Assembly: GCA_965234725.1 (NCBI GenBank)
Contig: CBDDUX010000022.1
Span: forward strand, 1 to 44,453
Source: Thermoplasmatota archaeon
GTDB taxonomy: Archaea; Thermoplasmatota; Penumbrarchaeia; Penumbrarchaeales; Penumbrarchaeaceae
DNA: 44,453 nucleotides
Direction: 5' to 3'
Shown here: positions 1 through 10,500 of the stretch, in pieces
How positions within the stretch are numbered: position 1 is the stretch's first letter
Layout of the letters: each line of letters begins with the position of its first letter
Notes under the pieces: generated by a model
What the model was told of the DNA's origin: nothing
Seen by the model: the letters and a program-made list of their open reading frames with translations, nothing else
The model's database searches: none
Program-made: the position numbers and the translations under genes

Positions 1-37
1 ACCAACCGATTTTCATCCTTATGTGTGGCCCGTAGGG

Positions 38-1222
38 TCATGAGTGCTTCTTTTGTTTATAAGCACTCCTGTCAGCATATAATTCTTTCCAGTAATCATA
101 TTCATTCATGGCGAATCTTGTTATGATCACAGTTTTCCCTTTAGGAGCCATTGTAGGATCGGTAGCGTAATTTCTGAACCGGATATGGTCAAATTTCGTA
201 TCTCCCACGATCAATGTCTCGGATGTTGGGATCATGTTCATCAAACAATCCGTCTCATTAGTCATGTCCATTTCAACACCAAGCGAGACCTGAACACAGG
301 AAGGTGAAAGCGTCTCTTCTTTGAACAATTTCACATGATCGGGATCTAAAAATTTTCCCTCAAGCATGGAATACAGGGTTGCATGCATATCTGCCGCGCT
401 GATAACATAATCGGATCTATGTTCGGTCCCATCTTCCAATTTTATTCCTGCAGCTTTATTGTTTTTTACAAGTATCTTCTCAACCTTGCTGTTATAATGG
501 ATCTCTCCTCCAAGATCAGTAAACCTTTTTTCGATCCTTCTCACCAATTCACCAGAGCCACCTATCGTGTATCCTCCGGATTTCGCACATAAAAAACCCA
601 ATGGAAAAATAAAAGCAAATAATGAATAATCCCCCGATGCAAACATAATTTTGAGTGATTCTCTTATAAGAGGATCCCTAAATGAATCAGCAAATTCCTT
701 GGTAGTGATTTTATTAAGTTTTTTCAGATCTTTCATTACAGGAATCATTTTGAATATAAATTTTGTGTAATCAACGAAATTGTATAGTTCAACTGCCTTC
801 TCCATCTGAGGAGAGAATTTGGAAACATTTCTGATCCATTTACACAATTGCTTGATCTGTTTCTCATCGTCAGGTGAAGTCTCCAGCATGTGTTTCTCCA
901 GACGATCCGCATCTGTAAAGAGTGAAAATTGACGGCCATCTTTTCCTTCGAATCGGGTGAACACTTCGTGATTAATAATCTGACTATCATTAAAAGCGTT
1001 TACCTCCTTCCAGAATTGATACAGATCACTTCCGGGGCCCGATCCCATGAGCCAGTCAAAACATCCATCAAAAGTATAGTCCCCTCTTTTCCATGATGTG
1101 CATAATCCGCCTGATCTTGAGTGTGACTCAAAAATATCAGCCTCGAAACCATTCATCCTTGCATAACAACCGGCTGTCAATCCTGCAATTCCTGCTCCGA
1201 TTACTGCTATTTTCTTGCTAAT
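38..1222 (-). pseudogene. Phytoene desaturase (CrtI)-family NAD(P)/FAD-dependent oxidoreductase, 3'-truncated, with apparent ATT start
   Basis: The frame extends 42 nt upstream of the called TTG to ATT at 1222, giving ISKKIAVIGAGIAGLTAG (Rossmann GxGxxG), with SD GGGGTGA 6 nt upstream. Family motifs GGLCTSWKRGDYTFDGC and DPTMAPKGKT are present. It stops at YKQKKHS, about 100 aa short of typical ~490-aa members. Confidence 0.7.
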
Positions 1223-1262
1223 GGCTGCTCACCCCTTGGTCCCCTCGAGGATGCGGATATAT

Positions 1263-4200
1263 TCAATACTCTTCCCCTGATGGATCTATCCCACCAGACA
1301 AAGATGGAGGGCCAGAATCATATTGATATCCTTCACCCTCTGGTACCAATCCCAAATCGAATTGATCCTGATCCGAAATATCATTCTGTTCAAGATCGGT
1401 AGAAGATGGTCCCTTCTTTGCAAAAAGGAACAGCAACCATACTAGTACTATGATTAAAACTACAAATCCAGCAGATAATGCAAACAGCATGCCATAATTC
1501 ACGGAAATCTCATGATTGTCCTCACCAATATCAAATAATATTGGTTTTACATAGAAAGTTATGGTTTCAAATTCCGTTTCGATACCGGAGGAGGTCATTT
1601 CTTTAGCTACTATCTTCACTTGATAGTATCCTTCAACCAATTGACTGATATTCCAGGTGAAATTGGTTTCAGTCAATTGAGAAGCTCCCGGAATAATCTC
1701 CCATTCATTATCTCCTTTCATTCGATAATAGAGAGAGTAGGAAACTGGGTCACCATCTGGATCAGATGAAGTCCACCTGAAGGTTATCTCATTGGAATAT
1801 GTCAAATCGGCTGAGAGATTACTGTCGAGTTCTATCGTAGGTGGATCATTGATGTTGTTGACGATAATCTGTTGGGGAAAAAGTGCTTCGTTTGTCATAT
1901 TGTCATCACCCGGCTGACAGTCTGAAACAAGGATCTTCACATAATAGGACAAATCCTCCAGGCCGGTTACATTCATTTTGTATTCATTTTCATTTGGAAT
2001 TCCGGATTCAATCTCTACCCATGTTAAATTATCATGTGAAATAAAAATCCAAATCTTGAGGTTTTCACTCTCCCCAGGATCAGGATCACTTACCCTCCAC
2101 TCGAAATATGCTTTACCATTCCTGATAGGTTCATGAGGCCCTATCATATAGGGTAGCTTTATGACCGGAGCATCTGGATTATAAACATAGAAGTTGATAA
2201 AATCCGAATTTGAAATCCCATCATGAGGATCCCTTAAGATCATCTGTAATTCATACTTACCATCCCCCTCAATGAGTGAAAGAGTATTAAGGGAGTATGA
2301 ACCTAAATTTAGTCCTTCCCTAACGAGTTCCTTCCAGATAGAGGATTCTTCAAACCGATAATATAGTGTAAAGGTCATTTCTTCTGATTCATTTTCTTGG
2401 TCCTCTGATATCCAGGTCACCTCATAAATACCTCTTAAGGTTTGATTCTCTACGGGAGTGAGGAATTTAACCGAGGGATTATCATTATTGAAGATGGAGA
2501 AATTACCTGATAAAATTGAGGTCGTGACTCCATCAGTATCTGTGACATTGATCATCAATCGATATCCATCTGCATCTGGATATTTGGTTGTATTGAATTG
2601 AAAGTATCCTGTACTATTAACGTCATCTACCAATAGAATGTAGGATTTTTCTCCATTAGTTAGCCAAATATCAGTTTCTAGGCCATTTTTCAAATCTTGA
2701 GGATCATTTGAATCCCAAACGATTGCATACAGACCGGAAATAATTTCGTTTTCAATAGGTTTGAATATTTCAACACTTGGTTGATTTTGGATTTGAAATC
2801 TATCAGATATCGAATAATTCATCATTCCATCTGTGTACTTGACAATTAGCTTGACCCTGTATCTCTCACCATCTGGATAGTTGATTGAATTAAAGAGGTA
2901 GGTCCCAGTATTCTCGGTATTTTCGATCAGGATCGAATAATTCTCTCCGTCATCATCTGATATCCAGATATTAACAGATAGATCTTCGGTTTTATCTTCT
3001 CCATCTTGAGTTTCCCATTCAATATTATAAGATCTGCTGACAATCTGGTACTGTAAGGGGTTCAATATTGAAATTAAGGGAGGATCTGGATTATTGATCT
3101 CAAACCTGAAGAAGGTCCTGATTATTCTTGATTTATTATTGGAATCTTTTGCCTTGATCAGGATTGAATATCCATTTCCATCCGGAACCCTAGGAGAGGT
3201 AGTATTCCAGATATAGGTCCCGCTATTAGTGGTATATTCGATAATCGGTTCTTTCGGTTCCGATCCTCTTTGATAATAAATGCTCACTTCAAGATTCGAA
3301 ACATCCTCGAAAAAGTTGGTTTCCCACCTGATCTCAAGGTCACCTTTTAAGGTAAGATTGGTCATCTGGCTAAGGATGAAATCATTTTCAAAAGCCAAAT
3401 GGGGACCCCTACCACCACCAAAGATGAGATATGTCTGTCCTGATCCATTTCCACTCTCATCGTTCCCATTTGCTCCAATAAGAATGTCATAGAACCCATC
3501 TCCATTCAGGTCACCGGCACTTGATACTGAAGACCCGGAATGATCCTGAGAATATTCACCTATGAAGGATGCGTCGGCCGATGAAAGGTTCATATCCATC
3601 GACCATTCAGAGGCCTTCCCCAAGATCAAATATATCTGGCCCATCCCTTCACTACTCTCATCATTCTCATCTACCCCAATGAGTATGTCGTCGAAGCCAT
3701 CACCGTTCACATCACCGGCACTTGAAACGGAAGACCCGGAATAATCCAAGGAAGCTTCGCCGATGAACGACGCGTCAGCTGATGATAAGCTTGTATCCAT
3801 TGACCATCCTGAGGACTTTCCAAAGATGAGATATGTTTGCCCTGCCCTGTCACCGCCTTCATTATTCTCATTTGCTCCAATTAGTATGTCATGGACCCCA
3901 TCTCCATTTATGTCGCCGGCACCTGAGACTGAGGACCCGGAATGATCCTGAGAGTTTTCGCCGATGAACGACGCGTCAGCTGATGATAAGCTTGTATCCA
4001 TTGACCATCCTGAGGACTTTCCAAAGATGAGATATGTCTGTCCTGACCTGTCACCGCCTTCATCATTCTCATCTGCTCCAATGAGTATATCGTGGAACCC
4101 ATCTCCATTCAGGTCACCGGCAATTGATACTGAAGACCCGGAATAATCCAAAGGATTTTCGCCAATGAAGGATGCGTCAGCTGATGATAAGCTTGTATCC

Positions 4201-6341
4201 ATTGACCATCCTGAGGACTTTCCGAAGATGAGATATGTCTGTCCTGATCTGTCACCCCCCTCATCATTCTCATTAGCTCCAATGAGGAAGTCCTCGAATC
4301 CATCACCGTTTACATCACCGGCACCAGATATTGAAGATCCGGAAAAATCCAAAGAATTTTCACCAATGAAGGATGCGTCAACGGATGATAAGCTTGTATC
4401 CATTGACCATCCTGACGACTTCCCGAAGATGAGATATGTTTGCCCTGCCCTGTCACCACCCTCATCGTTATCATTAGCTCCTATGAGTATGTCATCGAAT
4501 CCATCTCCATTGACATCTCCTCCACCGGATATGCAATACCCAGAATGATCAGCAATTTCCTCACCGATGAATGACGCATCCGCTGAGGAAAGGCTAATAT
4601 CCATTGACCATCCTGAGGACTTTCCGAAGATGAGATATGTTTGCCCTGCCAAATTATTGCCCTCAGAGTTTCCATATGCCCCTATGAGGATGTCGTCGAA
4701 ACCGTCTCCGTTCACGTCACCGACACCTGTTACCGAAAACCCTGATTCATCACCTGCAGTCTCGCCAATAAAGGATGAGTCGGATTCAGAAAGATCGGTA
4801 TCCATTATCCAAAAAGTAGACCATCCGAATATCAGGTATGTTTGCCCTGCTCCATTTCCTCCCTCATCGTTCTGATAAGCACCAATGAGTAAGTCATCGA
4901 ATCCGTCGCCGTTAACATCAGCTCCGCTGGATATTGAATACCCAGACACATCAGAGGCAACCTCGCCGATGAATGATCCGTCGGCCGAAGATAGGCTGGT
5001 ATCCATAGCCCATCCTGAGGACTTTCCGAAGATGAGATATGTCTGACCCGCGGAATCCCCACCTTCATCGTTCTGATGGACCCCTATGATGATATCGTTG
5101 AAACCGTCAAAATTGATATCGCCGGTACCGCTTACGGAATTTCCGGATTGATCCAAAGTTGCCTCTCCGATGAAGGACCCATCCGCATTAGACAGGTCAA
5201 TATCCATTGACCATCCTGAGGACTTCCCCAAGATCAGATATGTCTGCCCCGCTCTATCACCTCCCTCATCATTCCCATATGCTCCTATGAGGAAGTCATC
5301 GAAACCATCTCCATTTACATCACCCGCACCGGATAAGGAGTATCCTGAATAATCTGCAATATTCTCACCGATGAAAGATGCGTCAGCATTAGACAGCTTG
5401 ATATCCATCGACCATCCGGAAGGCTTCCCAAAGATCAGATATGTCTGCCCCGCTCTATCACCTCCCTCATCATTCCCATATGCTCCTATGAGGAAGTCAT
5501 CGAAACCATCTCCGTTCACGTCACCCGTACCGGACACTGAGAAACCAGACATATCGGAGACATCCTCGCCAAGGAATGACGCATCAGCTGAAGAGAGGCT
5601 TATGTCCATTGACCATCCCGAGGATTTTCCGAAGATGAGATATGTTTGCCCTGTCGTACCACCTCCCTCATCGTTCTCATTCGCTCCTATAAGGAAGTCG
5701 TCGAAACCATCTCCATTTACATCACCAGCACCGGATATAGTTATAGCAGATTGATCTCCGGCAACCTCTCCGATGAAAGATGCATCAGCTGAAGAGAGGC
5801 TTGTGTCCATTGACCATCCCGAGGATTTTCCGAAGATGAGATATGTTTGCCCTGCATCTATCCCTCCCTCACTATTCCTATTCGATCCTATTAAAATATC
5901 ATCAAAACCGTCTCCGTTCACATCACCCGCACCGGTTATGGAACTTCCAGCCCAATCGAAAGCAGACTCACCGATGAAGGAAGCGTCTGCAGAAGAGAGA
6001 CTGGTATCCATCGACCATCCGGAAGATTTCCCCAAGAACAGAAAAGTCTGGCCTGCCTTATCGCCAGCTTCATCGTTATAAATCGCTCCTATTAGGACAT
6101 CGTCGAAGCCATCACCATTCACATCACCAGGATAGGTTACGGAATACCCCGATGCATCACCAACACCCTCTCCGATAAATGAAGCAGATGACACATTAGA
6201 AATATTCATGCCCATGGTACTTTCGCCAACTCCCCGAGTTGGACCTCCAATTGCTTCAAATGATGGAATTTCTTCAGGAAACAAAGAAAAACCTGTCGTT
6301 AGCAGGGCAAATACAATTATGGTTGAGTAACTCTTTTTCAT
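1263..6341 (-). CDS. Membrane-anchored surface protein: signal peptide, 14 FG-GAP (integrin-alpha-type) repeats, about 6 Ig/Fn3-like domains, TM helix, acidic tail
   Basis: 14 copies of (G/A)D(V/I/L)NxDG..D.(L/I)IG...GQ.YL..G. Beta-sandwich repeats (W..D...Y...W....L..G.Y). TM segment YGMLFALSAGFVVLIIVLVWLLFLFAKK. Confidence 0.92.
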   Translation of the reverse strand: MKKSYSTIIVFALLTTGFSLFPEEIPSFEAIGGPTRGVGESTMGMNISNVSSASFIGEGVGDASGYSVTYPGDVNGDGFDDVLIGAIYNDEAGDKAGQTFLFLGKSSGWSMDTSLSSADASFIGESAFDWAGSSITGAGDVNGDGFDDILIGSNRNSEGGIDAGQTYLIFGKSSGWSMDTSLSSADASFIGEVAGDQSAITISGAGDVNGDGFDDFLIGANENDEGGGTTGQTYLIFGKSSGWSMDISLSSADASFLGEDVSDMSGFSVSGTGDVNGDGFDDFLIGAYGNDEGGDRAGQTYLIFGKPSGWSMDIKLSNADASFIGENIADYSGYSLSGAGDVNGDGFDDFLIGAYGNDEGGDRAGQTYLILGKSSGWSMDIDLSNADGSFIGEATLDQSGNSVSGTGDINFDGFNDIIIGVHQNDEGGDSAGQTYLIFGKSSGWAMDTSLSSADGSFIGEVASDVSGYSISSGADVNGDGFDDLLIGAYQNDEGGNGAGQTYLIFGWSTFWIMDTDLSESDSSFIGETAGDESGFSVTGVGDVNGDGFDDILIGAYGNSEGNNLAGQTYLIFGKSSGWSMDISLSSADASFIGEEIADHSGYCISGGGDVNGDGFDDILIGANDNDEGGDRAGQTYLIFGKSSGWSMDTSLSSVDASFIGENSLDFSGSSISGAGDVNGDGFEDFLIGANENDEGGDRSGQTYLIFGKSSGWSMDTSLSSADASFIGENPLDYSGSSVSIAGDLNGDGFHDILIGADENDEGGDRSGQTYLIFGKSSGWSMDTSLSSADASFIGENSQDHSGSSVSGAGDINGDGVHDILIGANENNEGGDRAGQTYLIFGKSSGWSMDTSLSSADASFIGEASLDYSGSSVSSAGDVNGDGFDDILIGVDENDESSEGMGQIYLILGKASEWSMDMNLSSADASFIGEYSQDHSGSSVSSAGDLNGDGFYDILIGANGNDESGNGSGQTYLIFGGGRGPHLAFENDFILSQMTNLTLKGDLEIRWETNFFEDVSNLEVSIYYQRGSEPKEPIIEYTTNSGTYIWNTTSPRVPDGNGYSILIKAKDSNNKSRIIRTFFRFEINNPDPPLISILNPLQYQIVSRSYNIEWETQDGEDKTEDLSVNIWISDDDGENYSILIENTENTGTYLFNSINYPDGERYRVKLIVKYTDGMMNYSISDRFQIQNQPSVEIFKPIENEIISGLYAIVWDSNDPQDLKNGLETDIWLTNGEKSYILLVDDVNSTGYFQFNTTKYPDADGYRLMINVTDTDGVTTSILSGNFSIFNNDNPSVKFLTPVENQTLRGIYEVTWISEDQENESEEMTFTLYYRFEESSIWKELVREGLNLGSYSLNTLSLIEGDGKYELQMILRDPHDGISNSDFINFYVYNPDAPVIKLPYMIGPHEPIRNGKAYFEWRVSDPDPGESENLKIWIFISHDNLTWVEIESGIPNENEYKMNVTGLEDLSYYVKILVSDCQPGDDNMTNEALFPQQIIVNNINDPPTIELDSNLSADLTYSNEITFRWTSSDPDGDPVSYSLYYRMKGDNEWEIIPGASQLTETNFTWNISQLVEGYYQVKIVAKEMTSSGIETEFETITFYVKPILFDIGEDNHEISVNYGMLFALSAGFVVLIIVLVWLLFLFAKKGPSSTDLEQNDISDQDQFDLGLVPEGEGYQYDSGPPSLSGGIDPSGEEY
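3415..6190 (-). repeat. Intragenic tandem repeat, 14 x 201 bp (67 aa), encoding FG-GAP blades
   Basis: The period is 201 nt. For example, 5231-5312 is identical to 5432-5513, and shadow ORFs on the + strand recur at 3562, 3763, 3964 and 4165. Confidence 0.95.
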
Positions 6342-6730
6342 TTATTTGTCCCCATTATCAATTTGATTGAGTTTCTCCAAGACCAGATCTTCCAGAATTT
6401 GGTGCCTGTTAGTCCCATTATTATCCGATCCTATCACTCATGAAATAAGGTTTCATTTATAAGAGGGTGTGGATTTCAATTCTAAACCTTTCATTGATAA
6501 TTACATCCATCGTGTGGTTCCCACAGATTCCGGAAACCAGTAGGTTATTTTCCTTAACTCCAAAGCATCTCTCTTGAAGGCATCCAAAATAGATTCTTTC
6601 ATTTTGGGTATCGTTTTTGACAGTTTTCAGGATCTTTCAAACCCCGTCCTCGACACTTCATTCAGTTTTGTTTTAAATAATTCATTTTTTATATGCTTTT
6701 GTTAATGTTCTTGTAAAAAGAGGTGTTGAA

Positions 6731-7285
6731 GTGAACGAAGTCTTGAAAGTGATCAAAAGAAGAAGGAGCATTAGAGATTTTAAGACAGAGCAGATCAAAC
6801 CAGAAGAACTGGATATGATCCTTGGAGCAGGTACTTTTGCTCCATCTGGTCATAATACACAACCCTGGTATTTCACTATTATTCAGGACCAAGATCTTAT
6901 CGATCGTATTAATGAGATATCAAGAGAGAATATGGCAAGGTCCGAGGTGGAATGGATCAAAAAACTCGGATCAAGATCAGATTATCGCGTCACATATAAT
7001 GCACCTACGGTTGTAATTGTATCAGGGAATATATCCGCAATAAGTTGGAAAGCGGATTGTTCTGCAGCTATTCAGAATATGCTGCTTGCCGCAGAAAGCT
7101 TGAACATAGGTTCTGTCTGGCTTGGATTGATAAGGTTCTGGTTTCAGGAACCTGAAGAAGTTGAAAGACTTGGTCTTCCTGAGGATTATGAAGCTTACTA
7201 TGGAGTATCTTTTGGATACAAGAAGCAGCAAGGAACTGTTGTGGGACCTGAAAGAAGAAAAGGTGTGATCCATTTCCTGAAATAG
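6731..7285 (+). CDS. Nitroreductase family protein (FMN-dependent)
   Basis: Motifs IKRRRSIRDF, APSGHNTQPW and AIQNMLLAAESLNIGSVW. SD GAGGTG precedes the GTG start. Confidence 0.93.
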   Translation: MNEVLKVIKRRRSIRDFKTEQIKPEELDMILGAGTFAPSGHNTQPWYFTIIQDQDLIDRINEISRENMARSEVEWIKKLGSRSDYRVTYNAPTVVIVSGNISAISWKADCSAAIQNMLLAAESLNIGSVWLGLIRFWFQEPEEVERLGLPEDYEAYYGVSFGYKKQQGTVVGPERRKGVIHFLK

Positions 7286-7552
7286 GAAAATGATATTGAT
7301 ATCATTAGAATCAATAGAAAATAGAAGATTCCATGTTCAAATAGAAGACATCCCATTACTATCTACTATGCTATATAAGAAGCCCTTTTCCAATAAACCC
7401 AATAATCTCTCCTGAAGACATGTAAATGAAATACTATCATCGTTGAAGTTATCCTCGGAGATATTACACTGCTTTATTATATTTCAAATGGCTACCCCCT
7501 TTTACAATTCATACATTTACTACCATGGGTAATTCTGGAAGTGTGATATTTC

Positions 7553-10500
7553 ATGGAATCTACAGAACCTAAAGATCCCAATACATGTGAACTCGAACCG
7601 ATTGAGTCGGAGACATTTCGAGATCTGAATGATACACTCCTATCCGAAGAAATGTACAACAAGAATTTGGCTGCAGTTTCAGCATGGATCGAGCAAGCAG
7701 GTGGGGATCCTCAAAAGGCCTTTGCCCGTGTTCTGATAGTTAATAATGGCCTTTCAGCATTGCGGATCATTCAGGGAATCTCATCTCTATCCAATCTGAT
7801 CTCCCAGGGTAAAGATCCTACTCTAATTCAGGCCGTGGCCATCGCCTCTGACGCAGATTGGGTTGGCGATTGCCTAGAAGAGGCACAGCAGCGCCCCAAC
7901 TATCTTAAAGAACCCGATATTATCATTGCCCGCATTGCAGGATTACGGCCAAAAGACACCTATCAAAACCAGGATGAGGTCATTGCAATCGCCCGGAAAT
8001 ACAAGTGTGACGCAATTGCCGTAGGATGGGGACATCTAGCTGAGAATATAACCTTTGCATCCCGCGTAGAGAAGGAGGGGTTCGTCTTCATTGGACCACA
8101 TGCAGAGGCAATGAGCCTGATGGGCGACAAGATCATGTCAAAACTGATCATGGAAGAAGCGGAGGTTCCCATGCTTCCTTGGAACGGTTCTGACATATCC
8201 CTATCTGATATCCGAGCGGATGCAAAGGATCTGGTCTCAGCTCGTGAAAAAAAGGAAGGTCCTCTTTCCGAAACAGATCGGTATCGTATGTTATTTGATC
8301 TTGCTTATGAACGGGTTGGGATCAATTCTATCGAAGAGGCCCGGTCGGTTGTTGACAACATTAACATTCCTGTGGTCATCAAAGCTACCGCTGGTGGCGG
8401 TGGTCGTGGTATTCGCTTCGTCACCGATGAAAAGGATCTTGGGTCCGGCCTGCAGGCTGCCATTTCAGAGGCATCGGCAGCGTTCGGAAACGGTACGGTA
8501 TTCATTGAAAAGGCCGCCGATCCCGGCTCTCGGCATGTCGAGGTCCAGATCCTGGCAGATACTGCAGGGACTGTAATAGCTCTTGGCGAGCGTGAATGCT
8601 CTATCCAGCGTCATAATCAGAAACTGATAGAGGAAAGCGGTGATGACATCCCCATAAGCAATGCAACCCGGCAGATCCTTAGAAAGGCTGCGGTAGCTGC
8701 GGCAAAAGCTGCGAAATATGTGAATGCCGGTACCGTAGAATTTCTTGTGGATAAAGATGGCAATCCATATTTCATGGAGATGAACACAAGGTTGCAGGTA
8801 GAACACATAGCTACAGAGGCAGTGTGTCCCGGACTCGACCTTGTGGTAGAGCAGCTGAAAATTGCCATGGGCATTCCCCTCGATCAAGAATTGATATCAT
8901 TAAGCGGGTCACTCACTACGGGTAAGCACAGCATTTCCGTTAGAATAACGGCTGAGAATCCCAATGCTGGTTTCAGTTCTCAAACCGGCACTATCGAATC
9001 GCTCGATATTCCTAATCTTGGTCCCAACACCCCTCGCGCATATTTCAGCTTCGGAGAGGGAGGAACCGTTCATTCCTTTGCGGACAGTCAGATAGGTCAT
9101 GTGGTTGTAAGTGCACCTACTCGTGAGGTAGCACGACAGTATATGGTGGCCTTTCTGAATAAATTACGTATCAAAGGCATCCTGACAACCCTCCAGTTTT
9201 CATCCACAATAATGCAAGATGCAGAATATATTGACGGAGGGGACATCCACGTTAATTGGCTCAAGCAGCGACTCGATCACGCACGATCGAAAGAGGGTGC
9301 GTCCCTTGGCAGTTCCAAGGTGCAACCCGAGCTAGGACTGGCAGCGGTGGCAATACTCGACTATCTTTTCCAGAAGGCAGAATCACAGAACAAATTCCAT
9401 GCGAACCTCATTTCATCGCGGTCTATCTCTCCCAAACTCCTGGCGAATACCGGCCTTACCCGTGTGAAATTCGGGAACCATCATTATACTGTTATTGTTC
9501 GTGAGATCGCAGATGAGCTTTATGAATTGATACTGGACAATGACTCGATGCTTGTACGGTTCTGGGAACGGTTGGGCCCATCTCGTTTCATGATGGAATA
9601 TAACGGGATCGTCTACCAGGTTCACCGGACAAATGAGACTTCCATAACCCATATAGAATTGGGCGGGCATACCATCACCTTCGAACGAGACCTTGACCCG
9701 GATGTTTTTCGTGCCCCTCTCGCTGGTATTATTTCATCTGTCGATGTCCAGCCTGGTCAAATAGTTGGGTTGGATGATACATTATTTACCATGGAAGCCA
9801 TGAAAATGATCTCATCACTCGATTCTCCACGAGCTGCAGCCATTGCAAATGTGTATGTTGATGCAGGTTCTATTGTTGAAGCGGGAACACCGTTACTGAA
9901 ATTCTCTGAAGCAAAAACTTCAGAGGTGGAAGAGGGACCGGTCCCATCCGGAGATGAAATAGAGGTAAAGGAATCCCGTTTACAATTCAAGCATGATGAA
10001 ACACACCTGGATTCCAAGCTCTATCGAAAGTGGTGCGAGAATGGTAGATTAAAGAGTCACTCGGCCGGTAGATCCGGCCCTGGCTGGAAGAAAGATTTGG
10101 AAAGTAGTCCTCACTCCCGTAGAAGGGAAACGCAGGACCAGACCCTTGAACAAAAGGAACAGGTTGCCATAAATGATAACGATATCAAGACCGTGATCGC
10201 CAATATCATGCGTGGATATCAGTTTTCAAACTACTTTTTAGACCTTCTGACAGAAGAGTTCACCGATATGAAAAAGCGACTCAGTGAAGAACAGTGGATC
10301 GCTCTCGTCAGCGAAACCATAGAAGCGTTCCACAAGGATGAGCGATTCTTCAAAGGGTCCATATCTCTAGTAGAGGGACTCGCCATTGCAGAAGAAGAGA
10401 CTGGAATAACTGATGCCGAAAAATATGATCTTGCCCGTTCTCACGCGAATTTGCACTCTAAGAAGACAGTGCTGTTAGCGCTACTTGAGCCCATTTCTTC

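Noticed and set aside
3280-6081. Series of similar + strand ORFs (MKDASA...) at 201-bp spacing, superficially array-like
   Set aside because: They are antisense shadows of the FG-GAP coding repeat. There are no unique spacers and no cas genes, so this is not a CRISPR array.
6440-6456. Palindrome ATGAAA-N5-TTTCAT upstream of the FG-GAP gene
   Set aside because: It is short, AT-rich and single-copy, so it cannot be separated from chance.
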